Assembly: GCF_009834535.1 (NCBI RefSeq)
Contig: NC_045696.1
Coordinates: 77,254,001 to 77,318,000 of the forward strand
Reading direction: 5' to 3'
Source: Camelus ferus
Lineage: Eukaryota
DNA: 64,000 bases
Below, one piece after another: positions 1 to 13,125 of this stretch. The notes beneath the pieces are model-generated. The model had not been told where the DNA came from. It saw only the letters and a list, made by a program, of their open reading frames with translations, and ran no database searches. Every line of letters starts with the position of its first letter. The stretch's first letter is position 1. Both the position numbers and the translations under genes were made by a program.

Positions 1-329
1 GTCCTAGTTAAAGACTGGAAGATTTTATATAAAGGAATTCAGAATCTGGCTTTTCTTGAAACAGCAGAAAAATTTCCAAATGCTACTCCCACATTTACAG
101 AAGGAAACACAGTACAGCCAAGCATACCTCATTTTTTTTCCCCAAAATAATGAAACAAGTCATTCTGCCTGCTAAGAGAAAGAGTCAGAAAAGGTTTGTA
201 GAGAGACCAAGCCTCTGCTTAAGAAGGACTCCCTCCCCATGGATGTCACCAGTGTCAAAGGACTTGCCACTTCTAACAAAAGACTTCACTTCCCTGAAGA
301 AATTTTGTTTGGATGCCCTAAGTCATACA

Positions 330-1197
330 TTTTACCATGCCTCTTTTTTTCTGGCAGGCAGGAAACTCAAAGCCAACATGAACTGCTGAAATTCTCCCCA
401 AATCTGTGCTTCTCAAAATCTTTCCTAAACCAATACGTGGAATCTCTTTTCTTCTAGTTCCTTGAAGTAACAACCTCCGGGTCATTTGGAATATTCTTTT
501 TCTGTCAGGATTACGCTCACCTCACTGGCCACTCTATTGCCAAAGAATGAATGCTGAGTAGAAAGTTTTTACTTCCTGATAAACGCAATCCAGCATGGGG
601 GATAAAATCTGGGAGTAAAAATAGAGTAGGCTTTTTAGAGCAGCGAAGATCTCTGTGTCATTTTTTGGGGAGCCACAGGTTTGAGGGCCTCTCATTGCTG
701 GTGATGTCTGGGCTTGTTGGTTAGGTGCTGTGTAAAGGCTGCCCAGCTGACCATGGTTTCTGCTGCACCACAGATCACCTCTCTTAGAGTGGCAACTTTC
801 CACCTCTTTTGCTGCACTAAGGAGGCACTCAATTCAGGGTCATTGTATCCATTAGCATTTTAACCAAAGTGAGATCTATACAACTGTCGACTGACTAGAT
901 AGTTCTGTCAGGGTTCCTTGGTCCTTCAGCCTAAAAAACCTGTGGAATCTTCCCTCTTATCCCTCGCCCCCACCATCCACGTACAAATGAAGCATTTCCT
1001 ACACACATCTCCAAATGGATTTAACATATTAGATATTTTACTTATTTACATCGTTATCGTTTGTCACTCCTTTTAGAAGTTTATAATATACTGAACTTCT
1101 AGAGTAGAAATTTATAATTTCACTTTTGCTGCTGTATCCTCAGCACCTAGAACAGAGCCTGCTTAATAGTAAACACTCAACAAATATTTGATGAATT
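330..1197 (+). mobile_element. L2 LINE fragments (about 330-520 and 930-1197), interrupted by an unassigned segment of about 400 bp
   Basis: L2 3'-end motif gctgtatcctcagcacctagaacagagcct...aaacactcaacaaatatttgatgaa at about 1131-1195, with L2-like pyrimidine-rich sequence upstream. Confidence 0.6.
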
Positions 1198-1353
1198 ATT
1201 AAATGTAATCTTTTACTCCTAAATGTACCTACATGTTGCTTTGTGTTGAAGTAGAATGGGGTAGAAATTAATAAATGGTAATAAGAGCAGAAGAAAAAAT
1301 GAATGCCTGTAGATTTGACAGTTAAAGCACAGCAGTGGTATGATATTAGTTAC

Positions 1354-1856
1354 TGTGGGAAGTAGAATAATGGCCCCACAAAGATATCCATGTCCACATT
1401 CCTGGAACTTGTGAGTATGTTACCCTACATGGCAACATGGAATTAAGGTTGCAGGTGGAGTTAAGGTTGCTAATCAGTAGACCTTAAAAAAAAATGGAGA
1501 TTATTTGGGATTTGGGGTCAGATGTAATATAATCGCAAGTATCCCTAGAAGTGTAACAGGGAGGTGAAAAGGAAGACAGATGATGGAATATGAGAAGGAA
1601 TTGACCCACTGTTGCTGACTTTGAAGATGGAGGAAGGGGCCATGAACCAGGGAACACAGGAAGTCTCTAGAATCTGGGAAAACAAGGAAATCAGTTCTCT
1701 CTTGAGATTCTAGAAAGGAATGAAGTCCTGCCAACACCATGGTTTTACCCTAGTGAGACTCATGCCACACTTTGGACCTACAGAATTATAATAGATTTGG
1801 GTTGTTTAGGCCAAGTGTGTGGTAGTTTGTTACAGCAGTAATGGAAAAATTATACA
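1354..1856 (+). mobile_element. MaLR solo LTR, MLT1D-like, full length
   Basis: Begins TGTGG...agaataatggcccc and ends gtttgttacagcagtaatggaaaaattatACA; near-perfect 5-bp TSD gttac (1349-1353) / attac (1857-1861). Confidence 0.9.
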
Positions 1857-3068
1857 ATTACTTTAAACACTTTAAATATTGACTCTCTACTGATAAGAAA
1901 AAAGAACTCTTTATTTATGTATTTTTTATTAAAAAAATACTTGCACTTGCTTTGCCTTTCAAGGAATTGAAGTACTATTCTAAGACATTAGATTACAGAA
2001 CAAAGGATTCAACAGGAGTAATTAGCCTTAAATTAGGTGATACAGTGTTCATGTTTCTAAGTAAATGCTTGAAAAAATTAAGATCTTCAGATGATGTAAA
2101 ATTTTGTCATTAGAAAACAACTGCAATGTGAATATAACAGAAAACCATTATGTAATTAAAACAAAATTTGATAGAAACGAAAACCATTAAACATTTAATG
2201 TTTATTATACTAAATATTCTTTCTCAAAAGCAGGTACTCTCTGTCAATCTCTAGCAATTGACTTTAAAGCTGGCAAATTTTAGCTAATGTCTCATGCTGT
2301 TATATTCATTGAAGCTTTCAAACTAGTTGAAAGCTTTTGTTAGTATCCTTTATTACTTAATCTTTGCAATTATTAAATGATTATTCACTACAAATTAAGA
2401 AGAGATGAAGCTTTTTGAAAGTCTTGTGTTTGAAACTCCACAGGTGAAAATTATAGCAATTATTCTGTTTCCCAAATTCCTATGACTTGTTTTTCTTCAG
2501 CCAGAGATAAATGGTCTGAAAATTATTCAGTCAACTTCCTTTTCCACTCGGGCATCTTAGAGCTGCCATTGTATTTTTCTAGGAACACTGACAATTGCTT
2601 TTTGCTCTCAGCAACTACTTCATGGCTTCTTCTTTGGCTCGTAGTTTAACATATATAGAATATGGGACAATATCTTGACAATTGGTATAGAATATTGTAC
2701 TCTTCAAGGTAAAAAAAGAAAGCTTTTTTATATTTACATATAAATATAGTTTATACATTCCCTTCCTTCTAAATGTCCATCTGTTATTCCATTTTGCAAC
2801 TTTTTCCACTCCCTTAGTTTAGTATTGCAATGTTCTGAATTCATAAAGGGAATTTTAAAAATAAAACATCATCAATAAAAGATACACACACATTGTTATA
2901 TTGAAGTTTCAGGTTTGTGTATGTAAACCCCACAAAACTAAAAAATGTCCATTATGCCTCTATTTTGGCCTTCTTTCTTGAAAAATAGCTTAGAACTACT
3001 CTATGTCTGTTTAGATATAGATTTGACTTACAGATCATCAGTGATAACTTTATGCTTATCCCTGGTGA

Positions 3069-3528
3069 TGTCTGGAACCGTAATACTGACTGTTGGACAA
3101 GGTAACAAGGAAGCAGTTGAGCTAATGACTGGTGATGTGCTAAGACCAAAACTCCTGTAGAGGTGTCCTATACCAGCTTGCTTACATTGTTATTATAAAT
3201 ATATAGCTTGATGGTCTAAACCTGGTTTATCTGATTACATAGCCTGGTATGTCTGAGTGGTAAGGGTAATATCTGTGACCTCTCAGTGAACATGTGCTTC
3301 GGTTTCCCTGAGATTGAGATCTCTTGCATTTATATTGAGATTTGTGATCTGGAGATGAAGCTTATCTTGTGTGACTGAGAGGGGACTTTTGGAAGCTTTG
3401 CCTGGGACCCTCTTGATGCTTTATTTCTCTTGCTATGGTATATTGTTGTCTTTATGAAAGGCTTATGTTTGTATGCTCTGTGGCATCCTATGGGTTTTTT
3501 AATGATCTTAACTTCTGTAGTTGTTGCA
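3069..3528 (+). mobile_element. Probable old ERVL-type solo LTR
   Basis: TG...CA-bounded block of about 460 bp with LTR-like motifs (ggtttccctg, ggaagctttgcctgggacc); family not firmly recognised. Confidence 0.45.
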
Positions 3529-4744
3529 ATGTCTGAATTTGTTAAAAAACTGTAAGAATCAACTGGTCTGAGGACTGACCTTGGTACGATTGTTTGGCTT
3601 CTCCAAATACGAAGTTTACCTTTCTTAAATCATTTTCAATATTTCCCTATTACTCTTAATGGCTATATTAAACACACTTGAAGTAATTCAAGTAAATACT
3701 CATGTAATGGATGTTTTCCCACTAATTATAAAAGCAGTACTTTTAGAAAACGTTGGCCTTGTCGTTTTCCTCATTGGTGGGGCTAAGGTTCTGAAAAGGG
3801 CCAAGGTTAAGAGTCACAGTCAAGGCAGCTTCAAATGCTGCAAACTAAACAATTCACAAAAGTCAGTAGAGGAGTAAGCCCCATAATATTGCAGTATATA
3901 GAATTTCAGTTGGTGGAACAGTTGACACAACATGGATTCTGAAACTTGGTTTATTTATTCTGTGTAACCACAACACAGGGAGAAATGACAGGCATGACTG
4001 CCCCCACAAAGTTCTCTATCTTGCATGATCAGGGCATCCCCTCAAGGTACAAAAACTTCTCTGTATGCTCTCAGTCATCATTCTCTATCTGAACACATCT
4101 TACATTCTACTTCCTTTGCTTTCTCTCTGCTACAGTCACATGAATTTAAATTTTTATCACCTATGTGTGCCCAACTGTCATGCTGACTGATAAGGTAATC
4201 TGATGACCTCTCATGGTTCCCTAATTTTATTGGTTCTATATATTCTATTTATTTGTTTTTAATTTAATCAAAATTACACAGGGACATGGTCAAAAAGGCT
4301 GAAAAGTCAAATTATATTAATAGCTTTATATAATGTACAACAGCAAGACACTGACTCAATCTTTCCAACTCCTAATTCTTACTACACAGAGACGATTACT
4401 TTCAACTCCTTTTAGCTGTTCCTCTTTATTTTCATTTTTATTCTCAGTGATACATTTATACAAATATTTCTTGAATTTTTCATTTTGAGATATTTGTTAC
4501 TGACTCCCAAGTGTAAAATATAAGAAATTAGCTATCTTACTGCTCTAACTCCCCATACCAGCTAATGCACGCATTTCCTTCTCCCATTTCACCCTATCCT
4601 GCCAATGAAATTTTAGATCATAATTTTGCCTACTTAAATATGTAGTGCTTACCTTTGACTGTATGAGAAACTCACAGCTGAGCTACTACAGAACGATATT
4701 GGTGAGGGAGGATGAATGAAACAAAGAGAGACTAAGGCAGAAAC

Positions 4745-4920
4745 CAGCAAGGTGTTTTCTGACTCCATTTCCTCTTTCTTCCTGGGCACGTGACTGAACT
4801 ACATTTCCCACCCTCCCTTTCAGTTAGTTGAGTTGACCTGCCTGGGTTCAAGAGAAAGGAATGGATAAAAGTGCTATAAACCACTCTACAGCTTCCCACA
4901 AGCAATCCTTCCTGCTCTTT
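4745..4920 (+). mobile_element. MaLR LTR fragment, MLT1J-like
   Basis: ttcttcctgggcac...actacatttcccaccctccctttcagttag resembles the 5' part of MLT1J. Confidence 0.55.
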
Positions 4921-5109
4921 TCCTTTTATACAAACTTAAGACAGATAAAGCATAGAAATCTTAGAAACAGTCTCAGGAAAGAAAGGACAATGGCTGAGGA
5001 GGAGAGCTGAATGTCATTCAGAAGCCCCAATTTCAAGTCAATAAACTGAGTTTTAGGTTTTATCTGTTACAGATTTGTAAGGTAAGAATCTTGAACACAA
5101 TATATTTCA

Positions 5110-5290
5110 GACACTTTTCTATGCACTCTACATGTATTTATTTAATCTGCTAGCAAACTTGTTAGGTGATTATTTTCATTTTATTGAAAGGAAATCTCAG
5201 AAAGTTAAAAAAACAAAACCAGCTTACCTGCACATATCTGATAACTGGTGAAGCTAGAATTTTGCTTCATTCTGATTTCAAATTCCAATT
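5110..5290 (-). mobile_element. MIR SINE
   Basis: Reverse MIR core: tttaatctgctagcaaac...tttcattttattgaaaggaaatctcagaaagttaa. Confidence 0.55.
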
Positions 5291-5874
5291 TTTAACTATT
5301 TGAAGCTATTATTTTTATTTCTAAAGAAAGATTCTAAGGGCAGATCTTTGGGTCTTCTTGCTGACTGCAAGCTCTCCTTAATATTTGCTGGCAATTCCTC
5401 TGTTACTGCTTATATCAGAATTTCATTTGTCCTGAGAGTAGAAAAACTGGAAATCAGTAGTTATCCTAGAGATCAACACAATACTTAACCCATTTTCTCT
5501 TTTTCTCTCCTGAATCTTTATATTGAGAAAGCAGAGTTACTTTCTTCTAAAGGTGAATCTGGGGACAACATATTAAAATGACTTTCCTGACATTCACAAA
5601 GTTGGGAACAGAATTTCAGTGGAATTCAAGCTGTTCTCTAAACACAGCCAAGAAAGAAAATTTGAAAAGAGGTCAGGGATGTACAAGGTGATATTTTATT
5701 TCAGAATTCATATTATGACCCCACACACTCATAGCTGAGCAATCACATTTCCTGAGCAACTGTAGTAATGCTGCTGGAGCTTCGTAGACTACAGAGTGCT
5801 TTCTCATATATGGCTTCATTTAGTCTACCTAATAAAACTGTGAGACAGATACTTTCATTATCATTTTAAGGATA

Positions 5875-7075
5875 CACTTTTTATTAATGTGTAATATACA
5901 TATGTGAAGTGCACATATTGAAAGTGGAGCACTCAGTGGATTTTCACAACTTGAGAACATCCATATAGCAGTCACTCAGAATGAGACAAGTAACACTAAC
6001 AACACAATAGAAACCATCATCATATCCTTCCTAATCACTCTCCTTTCCCCAAAATAATTACTGTCTGGCTTTTGGCACTATAGTTTAGTTTTACCTGGCT
6101 TTAAATTTTATATAGCTGAAATCATGATGTTTATACTCTTTTGTGTCTTACTTGTCACTCCAAATTCATCTATGTTCTTGCAGGTAGCTATATAGTTCAC
6201 TCAGGATATTAGATCTTATTCCATTGTATAAATAAACCGTGATTTATTTATCTATCTTTCATTTGATGGGTATTTAGATTGTTTCCAGTTTTGTCTATTA
6301 CAATAGGCTTCTGTGAACTACTTCTACATGTATTTTGGTGAACATATGTATACACTTCTATTAAGTTTTTATCTGTGAGTTGAATTGCCCAGTCAAGAGT
6401 ATGCATGTATCCAGACTTAGTAGATCCTGCCAGAAAGGGTTCTATAGTGATTATGTAGCATCAGTACATACTGAAATCAGTAATGTATGAGCATCCCAGT
6501 TACTCCATATTTGCACCAACGCTTGTCTTTCCTTTCATTTTTAGTCATTCAGTGTGTTTAGATTATTTCCTATTTTGTTTTTAGTTTGAATTTCTCTGAT
6601 GACTAATGAGATCTGCAGCTATTTGGCTGTTTATTAGCCAGTTTGATTCCTTTCTTTTTGGAATGCCTGTTGAAGTCTTTTGCTTTTTTTTTTTTTTTTT
6701 CTTTCTTTTTTTAAAGATACTGTATTGACTAACTGTTATTGAATTTTAGGAATTCTGTGTATAGAAGTACTTTGTCAGATATGCATATGGCCTGTGGTGT
6801 GCTCTTTTACTCTCTTAATGATGTCACTTGATAAACAGATATTCTAATTTTAACACATCTCTATTTATCACATTGTTTCTCTTTTGGTGGTGATTTTTAT
6901 ATTCTATTCAAGAAATATTTGGCTTTTTCAAGATAATGAAAATGTTATTCTTTTTTCCTCAAAGTTTTGTTTGACCTATTAACGTTTAGACCAACAGTCA
7001 GACTGAAATTGCTTCTTACGTATGGTGTGAGGTTGGAATTTTCATTTTTGTTGTATATGTTTATACAACTGATAA
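5875..7075 (-). mobile_element. Ancient L1 (L1M-type) 3' UTR and ORF2 end
   Basis: Antisense L1 motifs gatgggtatttagattgtttccagtttt and tttctctgatgactaatgag. Confidence 0.8.
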
Positions 7076-7084
7076 CCAAAATGT

Positions 7085-8087
7085 CAAAAGGAGTGCCATG
7101 ATATAGTTACAATGCTAAAGGGAAACAGCACAACAAGGATACACTACCCAGCAAGATTATTATTCAGAATTGAAGGAAAGATAAAAAACTAAATGTTCAT
7201 CACCACTAAACTGGTGTTACAAGAAATGTTAAAGGGTCTAGTTTAAGTGAAAAAGAAGGCTATAACAAGAAATAATAAATACATGAAGGAAAAATCTCAC
7301 TGGTAGTGGTAAATATTTAGTAAAAGCAGAGAATCAACCAATTTAAAAAGCTACTGCAAAGATGAAAAGCCAAAAATTGTAAAATCAATGAAAAATACAA
7401 CAAACAATGAAGGGATACAGTTAAAGATGTAATATATGATGCCAAAACATAAAACATTGTGAGGGAAAGTAAAACATGAAGAGATTTTAGAATGTGTTTG
7501 AATTTAAATGACAATCAGTTTAAAATCATATATGCACCTTAGGTAATAGCAACATTATCTACAACAGCCAAGATATAGAAGCAACCTAAGTGCCCATTGA
7601 TAGATGACTGGATAAAGACAATTTGGTACATACATTTAATAGAATATTGACCGTAAAAAAGAATAAAATTTTGCCTTAGGCAACAACATGAATGGACTTG
7701 GAGTTATAATGCTTAGTGAAATAAGTCAGATAGAAAAAGACAAATGCTGTATGTTTTCACTTATATGTAGAATCTAAAAACTAAAATAAATAGTTATAAC
7801 AAGACAGAAACAGACTCATAGATACAGAGAACAAACTAGTGGTTACCAGAGAGAAGAGGCGTGGAGGGAGGGGCAATAAAGGTGAAGGAGGTTAAGAGGA
7901 ATAAAACTACTAGATATAAAATAAGTAAGTTACAAGGGTATAATATACAGCACAGGGAATATGGTCAATATTTTATAATAACTTTGGAGTGTAATCTATA
8001 AAAATATCAAATTTCTGTGTTGAATACTTGAAACTAATATTGTAACAACTATATTTCAATTTAAATGAACAAATAAATGAATAAAAT
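7085..8087 (+). mobile_element. L1 fragment: ORF1 3' end plus inter-ORF region joined directly to the ORF2 tail and 3' UTR (half-L1-like or internally deleted)
   Basis: 7085-7525 resembles the L1 ORF1 end (acactacccagcaagattattattcagaattgaagg...ttacaagaaatgttaaaggg); from about 7528 it resembles the ORF2 tail (acagccaagatatagaagcaacctaagtgccca) and 3' UTR, ending in an A-rich tail. Confidence 0.85.
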
Positions 8088-10323
8088 TTCAGATATATGA
8101 GATAAAAATTTTTAAATTATAAAACATCTATTTAATATCTATAGAATCTATATTAATGGTTTTCAGTTCTGAAAGTTTTACTTGAATATCCTCGCATTTT
8201 TTGTTAACTCTGGTAGATGTTTATCAATTTTACTATGACTTTCCAAGAACCAACTCTTATATTGATTTTTTTCCTATTGTTCATTTTTTTCCCTTGACTT
8301 CTGCTATATGTTTATCATTTCCTTTTTATATATTCTTTATGTTTTACCTACAGTTTGGTTGCAAGTATATGTATGTGTGCATATATATAATTGATTTTTC
8401 ATTTTCTAGTATATGCTATGTCAAAAATATTTTGACATTATTACTGCTTTTCTAGGTATTCTTGGTAGAAGCATTGGTCCGCTACAAGTTACTCCATCAT
8501 AGTTTGAAGTAGAAATCCATTACTACCATATTTGATTACTTTTATTCTGAGAAAAGGCATTTCACATTAATTAAAAAAATTTTTATAACATACAGTTACA
8601 GATATGTGCAGGTATGTGTATAATCTATGTAATACATTTTTAAAATAATTGACTCTTCAATAATGCTATCAAAAATGTTCTAGTCCCATAGTTTTAGATT
8701 TTTCAACGTGTCAACATATTATTCATCATATTATGGTGTTTCTCACTTTATTAAGTGATATTGTTAGTTATATAACAGTTCTCATAGTCATAGAAATTAG
8801 ATTTTTAAAATTTTTGTTAGGCTAATTTTTCTCCAATCAGCATATTTATACATCTTTTAAAAAATCACACATTGTTTTCTTAAGGTAATCCCAGAAAATC
8901 AGAATTACCAGACAAAAATGGGTAACTTCTTAAGGCTCTTGATGTCTCAAGAAGATAATGTGTTTTTAGTTTCATTTAAAGATGAATAAACTGAGGGTTG
9001 GGGACTGTAGGTGATGGTGAAAGTCAAAAGATAGTCCCTGTCAGAGAGGTGACATTAAAGCATATTTCACTGATCAATCCTCTATAATTTGGTGCCTTAC
9101 TGTCAAGACAATTTTATGTAATTTCATTATTATAAAAAAATTCATCCAGTCGAAATATTGTATACATCAGAGTGAAAGGAAAATTAAGAAAAACATAATG
9201 TGTTATGATGTGAAATTACTGACGTTATTTTTTTATGTGAGACGGGAGAGTGAATTTTAAAAAGGAATCAACTGTTCTGTCTCCCAGGTCAATTTTGGAT
9301 TCTTTCAAATGCATTAGTAGCTTCCTAACCATGTCAATATTATTTTAAGAAGTTAGACAATGAACTTGAATTACCTGCAGATGGCAAGCCATTTTCTATA
9401 ACAGGAAAAAAGTATGAATCCTGAGGGATACTATGACCCACTAACAGTAGGACGCAGACCTACATTGAATAATAATTTAGAGCTATTACTAAGATAATTA
9501 GAAAGCCAATCTGCTGGCAGAAGAGTTAGACCTTGGTTTCTCATTTTATTAAAAAGCAGATCCTGATCTGTGAATGAAAAGAATTTGAAGTTCGCTAATA
9601 CCATAACCTCAACATCTGCCTGCCATAAAAAGATAATGATTTCATATAAATAAATTTCAATTCTTCAGATAGTTCAGATTTTATCAGACAATTACATCTT
9701 TGGCATTCATTTTCATATTGTATTACTTACAGCTTTAAATGTTTCCCTAGTATTTGTTCAACAACGGATACTAGGGAAAAAGCATTTTAGGAAAATGATT
9801 TTTCTCTAACTTTTAATTAGAAACAGTTTTTAGGCACAATATCTCTTTTCAGATTTCACTGTGCTTCTTGTATAAGAGCATAGTAAAATTCCAAATATGG
9901 CTAACGCATTGCATAAAAACAACCACCACAATCACACTGAACCCTTGTGAAAAGAACTCACATGGCTCACTTTACCAAGACTTCCCAGTCTGTTTAGAGA
10001 TCAACAAGGGCAGATTTTCCCTCCATAGCTTCATCTACTTTCCCCCGAACACTGATTTCTGTTTCTGTGAGCACAGCTTCTCTGAGAAGCACCCAACTGC
10101 TTGCCATTGTCTAACCTAACATGGAGAGAAGGTAGACCTGATGATCTGATGATGGTAACCATGGCCTCTCCCTCATACCCACCCATCTGTCTCTGTCTGT
10201 CTCTCATACAGACACACATTGTATTGTAGAGGTAGCAATTCACATTCCGCAGTTCTTTTCCTTCTGATGAAGAGATATTAATAGCAGTATAGAGTTGAAA
10301 TGTCTGCCTTTTCCTTATTCTTT

Positions 10324-10493
10324 TTTTTCAAGCCAATATTTTTGATGGGTTTTTTGGGGGGTGGGGTTGAAGTGATTAGGTTTATTTATTTATTTATTTA
10401 TTTACTTACTTACTTTTAAATGAGGGTACTGGGGATTGAACCCAGGACTTCATGCATGCTAAGCATGTACTGTCACTGAATTATACCCTCCCT
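10324..10493 (-). mobile_element. tRNA-Ala-derived SINE (camelid vic-1 type) with 16-bp TSD
   Basis: Minus strand reads gggagggtataattcagtgacagtacatgcttagcatgcatgaagtcctgggttcaatccccagtac (A/B boxes) plus an (AAAT)n tail; TSD cttttccttattcttt at 10308-10323 and 10494-10509. Confidence 0.93.
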
Positions 10494-10654
10494 CTTTTCC
10501 TTATTCTTTGGACCAATATTATTATCAAAACTAATGTTTGAATAAACACTCTTAATATCCTTGAGAATGGTTATGTAGGTGGTGGTGGTGTTTTCTTGAA
10601 CCGTATCATTTGCACTTATAATACAAGAAATTACATAGTTAGGAAGGATGATAT

Positions 10655-10815
10655 CTGAGCCAGCAGTCAAAGCACCTGGTTTAATTCAGGCTCTGCTGCT
10701 GTACTCTTTGATCTTGAACAGCGGTTAGTATCTTGGAAAATTATTTTCCTTTTTTACAAATGGAGTATTTGAATTAGTGGATCTCTAAATTTTCTTCAAG
10801 CTCTAAAATTCTATA
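10655..10815 (+). mobile_element. MIR3/MIRc SINE
   Basis: agtcaaagcacctggtttaattcaggctctgc...ggatctctaaattttcttcaagctctaaaattctat, the MIR3-like 3' end. Confidence 0.65.
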
Positions 10816-12194
10816 AATTCTTATTAGAAGTAAAAGATACCAAGTGATTTTAGTTCTTAAGCGTACTCTGTATTAATTTTAATTCTTTATAAAAGTGAAC
10901 AAGACGTTTATGACTGATACAACAATGGCCAGAATGCTGATGCTCTAAGTAACAATTACTGAGATAATAATATTTTAGTGAAAATTAGGACAGATTTGAA
11001 GAGAATACAAAATAGTCATCATACCATCCCAAAATATGAAAACTGCTGATTACTAAGTGTAGTTAGCCAACCCAAGAAGCAGTGTTCACAAAGGTTTAAG
11101 CTTCCCAAAGCAGTTAGTACAAGTAAATTCATGCAATAGATGAAAATAATTTTTCCCCTGTCATATAGATATGGGTATAAAACTATTCTTAGCTAGTTCA
11201 AATTCAAAATGACTTAGTGTTACAATCCAACTACTAGGTTGTAAAGAATTATTGCTTATATGCTTTTTGTGCAAATATAATTTATGGTTCAATTATATTT
11301 CATACCCAAAATATATTTGAACTTTTATTCTTAAAATTAATGACATTTAACATAGCCTATAGGACCAATTTTACCCTTCAAAAGGAAAATAAATCCATAT
11401 AACTTCAAACTGATAACTTTGCAGGTTAGCAAAATATTCAGAGGAAAAGTGGTATATTTATAGGAGAGGGCCCTAGATTTGCATGTTTTCCTGTTATGTT
11501 CCATAACTCTTCCTACTCTTTATTATAATGCTGATCATTAATGTACACGCTATAATATTGATTTATTTATACTAGAAGTAGGAATAATTCCCAATATCTT
11601 ACCGTTTAATAGCACTCTTTTATGAAAGACAGCATATCTGTTTACTTGTATTACAAATCTACTTATCGATTCATTTCCTGGTCCTAGTTACAAACTTGGA
11701 GATAATTATCTCCATTACTTACGTTTTGTTTTAGTTCTGTGCTCAATCCTGAGGCAAATGCAGGTTTTGCCTTGGTGATCTAAGGTAACAATATACTTGC
11801 TTTAATCTTTGAAATACAGTCTTGGCATTACCTGGAATTACTTAAGCTGATGAAGAAAGTGTATGTGGGAGACAGATAATAAGAAAATATTTTACCAAAA
11901 GGCATCCTTGAGATGCTCTGAAACTTTGCTTGACTCAGAAATAATTCAACCGCTTTGGAAACTTCAAACCACACCCCGAAATACAGAGGTAGCTTGTTTA
12001 GTAATTCTCTTGTGTTTAATGATAGCATTGTTCAGTATAGACTATCACAGACAATGGCTGACTGGTCACTGGGTAGTTCACATTGTAAGTTTCCTCTACA
12101 TACCCCAAAACATACATTATTCTTTTAGCTGAATTATAAAGCCACTCACCAAAAGAGCAGAGTTAAAAGTGGATTACATATTGGCATTATAAAA

Positions 12195-12430
12195 AATATT
12201 AGTAACAACACTTTAATACGAAAACACTGTGTGTCATGCACTCCATTCTACATTTTGATACATGTGCTTTAATTCTCAGGACAACATTCAAAAGCAGTTA
12301 ACTTGCCCCCATTTTACCAGTTTGAAAATCAAGTTTCTTGAGTTTCTGAGTAGCTGGTCATGGCTATAAATGGGTAATAGGAGAAAAATTTATGTAATCT
12401 CCTAAATCTGTACAATCCAAAACCAGTGCT
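12195..12430 (-). mobile_element. MIR SINE
   Basis: tttaattctcaggacaac...ccccattttaccagtttgaaaatcaag. Confidence 0.55.
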
Positions 12431-12809
12431 TGATCCCACAAATCATCTTAATGATATCCTCCTCCTTCCTTTTCAATTTTTGACTGTAAGTGTTACTTGA
12501 AACTGATGTCAGATGATGAAGAATTAAGGCTAATGTGCCTTATTATAAGTTCCAAATTATCTTGAAACTTATTCACAAACATGTTATAAATCTGTATAAA
12601 TCTATAATCAAACAATTTTTTATATAAAGTTGGGTTGAAACTTCTGTTTTATCCTTAGCTACATGCTGTGTTATGAACATGAGTCTCCCTTTCAACATAC
12701 ACATATAAGCAATACTAACACAGAGGAACAAAAACAGATACGAAATAGTTACTGACTGTTACTCAAAGAAGTATTGCTGTTCAAAAGTTACAGCACAGCT
12801 TACCAAGAG

Positions 12810-13125
12810 TCACAATAGCTGGTTGTCCTCTACTTCCAGTTATCTGGGAAATTACTTTTCTCTACCTCTTTGAGGTTAGGTATGTAACTGTGACTAGTTT
12901 TTGGCCCTTAAACCGTGAGCAGAATTGGAGTGTGTCATTTTCTGGGCAGTGCAGTTAGTTACCAGTGCTCAGTTCTCCGTCACTCTCATCCCTGCCCCCA
13001 CAAAGCCTGAAGCCTCAGAGTGAGATGGCAGTACCATGAGATGGTGGCTACTCTGTCTTCCTGGATGCCTGAGGGACCAAGATGAACCGAGCCCTTCTGA
13101 TGACATAGCATGAGCTAAAATAGAA
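12810..13125 (+). mobile_element. MaLR LTR, MLT1I/J-like
   Basis: gaggttaggtatgtaactgtgactagtttttggcc...gtgagcagaattggagtgtgtcattttctgggc...agcatgagctaaaata. Confidence 0.7.

Noticed and set aside
2312..2336. Inverted repeat with 10-bp arms (aagctttcaa...ttgaaagctt)
   Set aside because: About chance level, with no supporting context.
2525..2645. Minus-strand peptide SHEVVAESKKQLSVFLEKYNGSSKMPEWKRKLTE*
   Set aside because: Short, with no convincing acceptor or start and no recognised homology.
11697..11714. 18-bp palindrome tggagataattatctcca with inverted GATA sites
   Set aside because: A palindrome with 9-bp arms is about chance level in 64 kb of AT-rich DNA.
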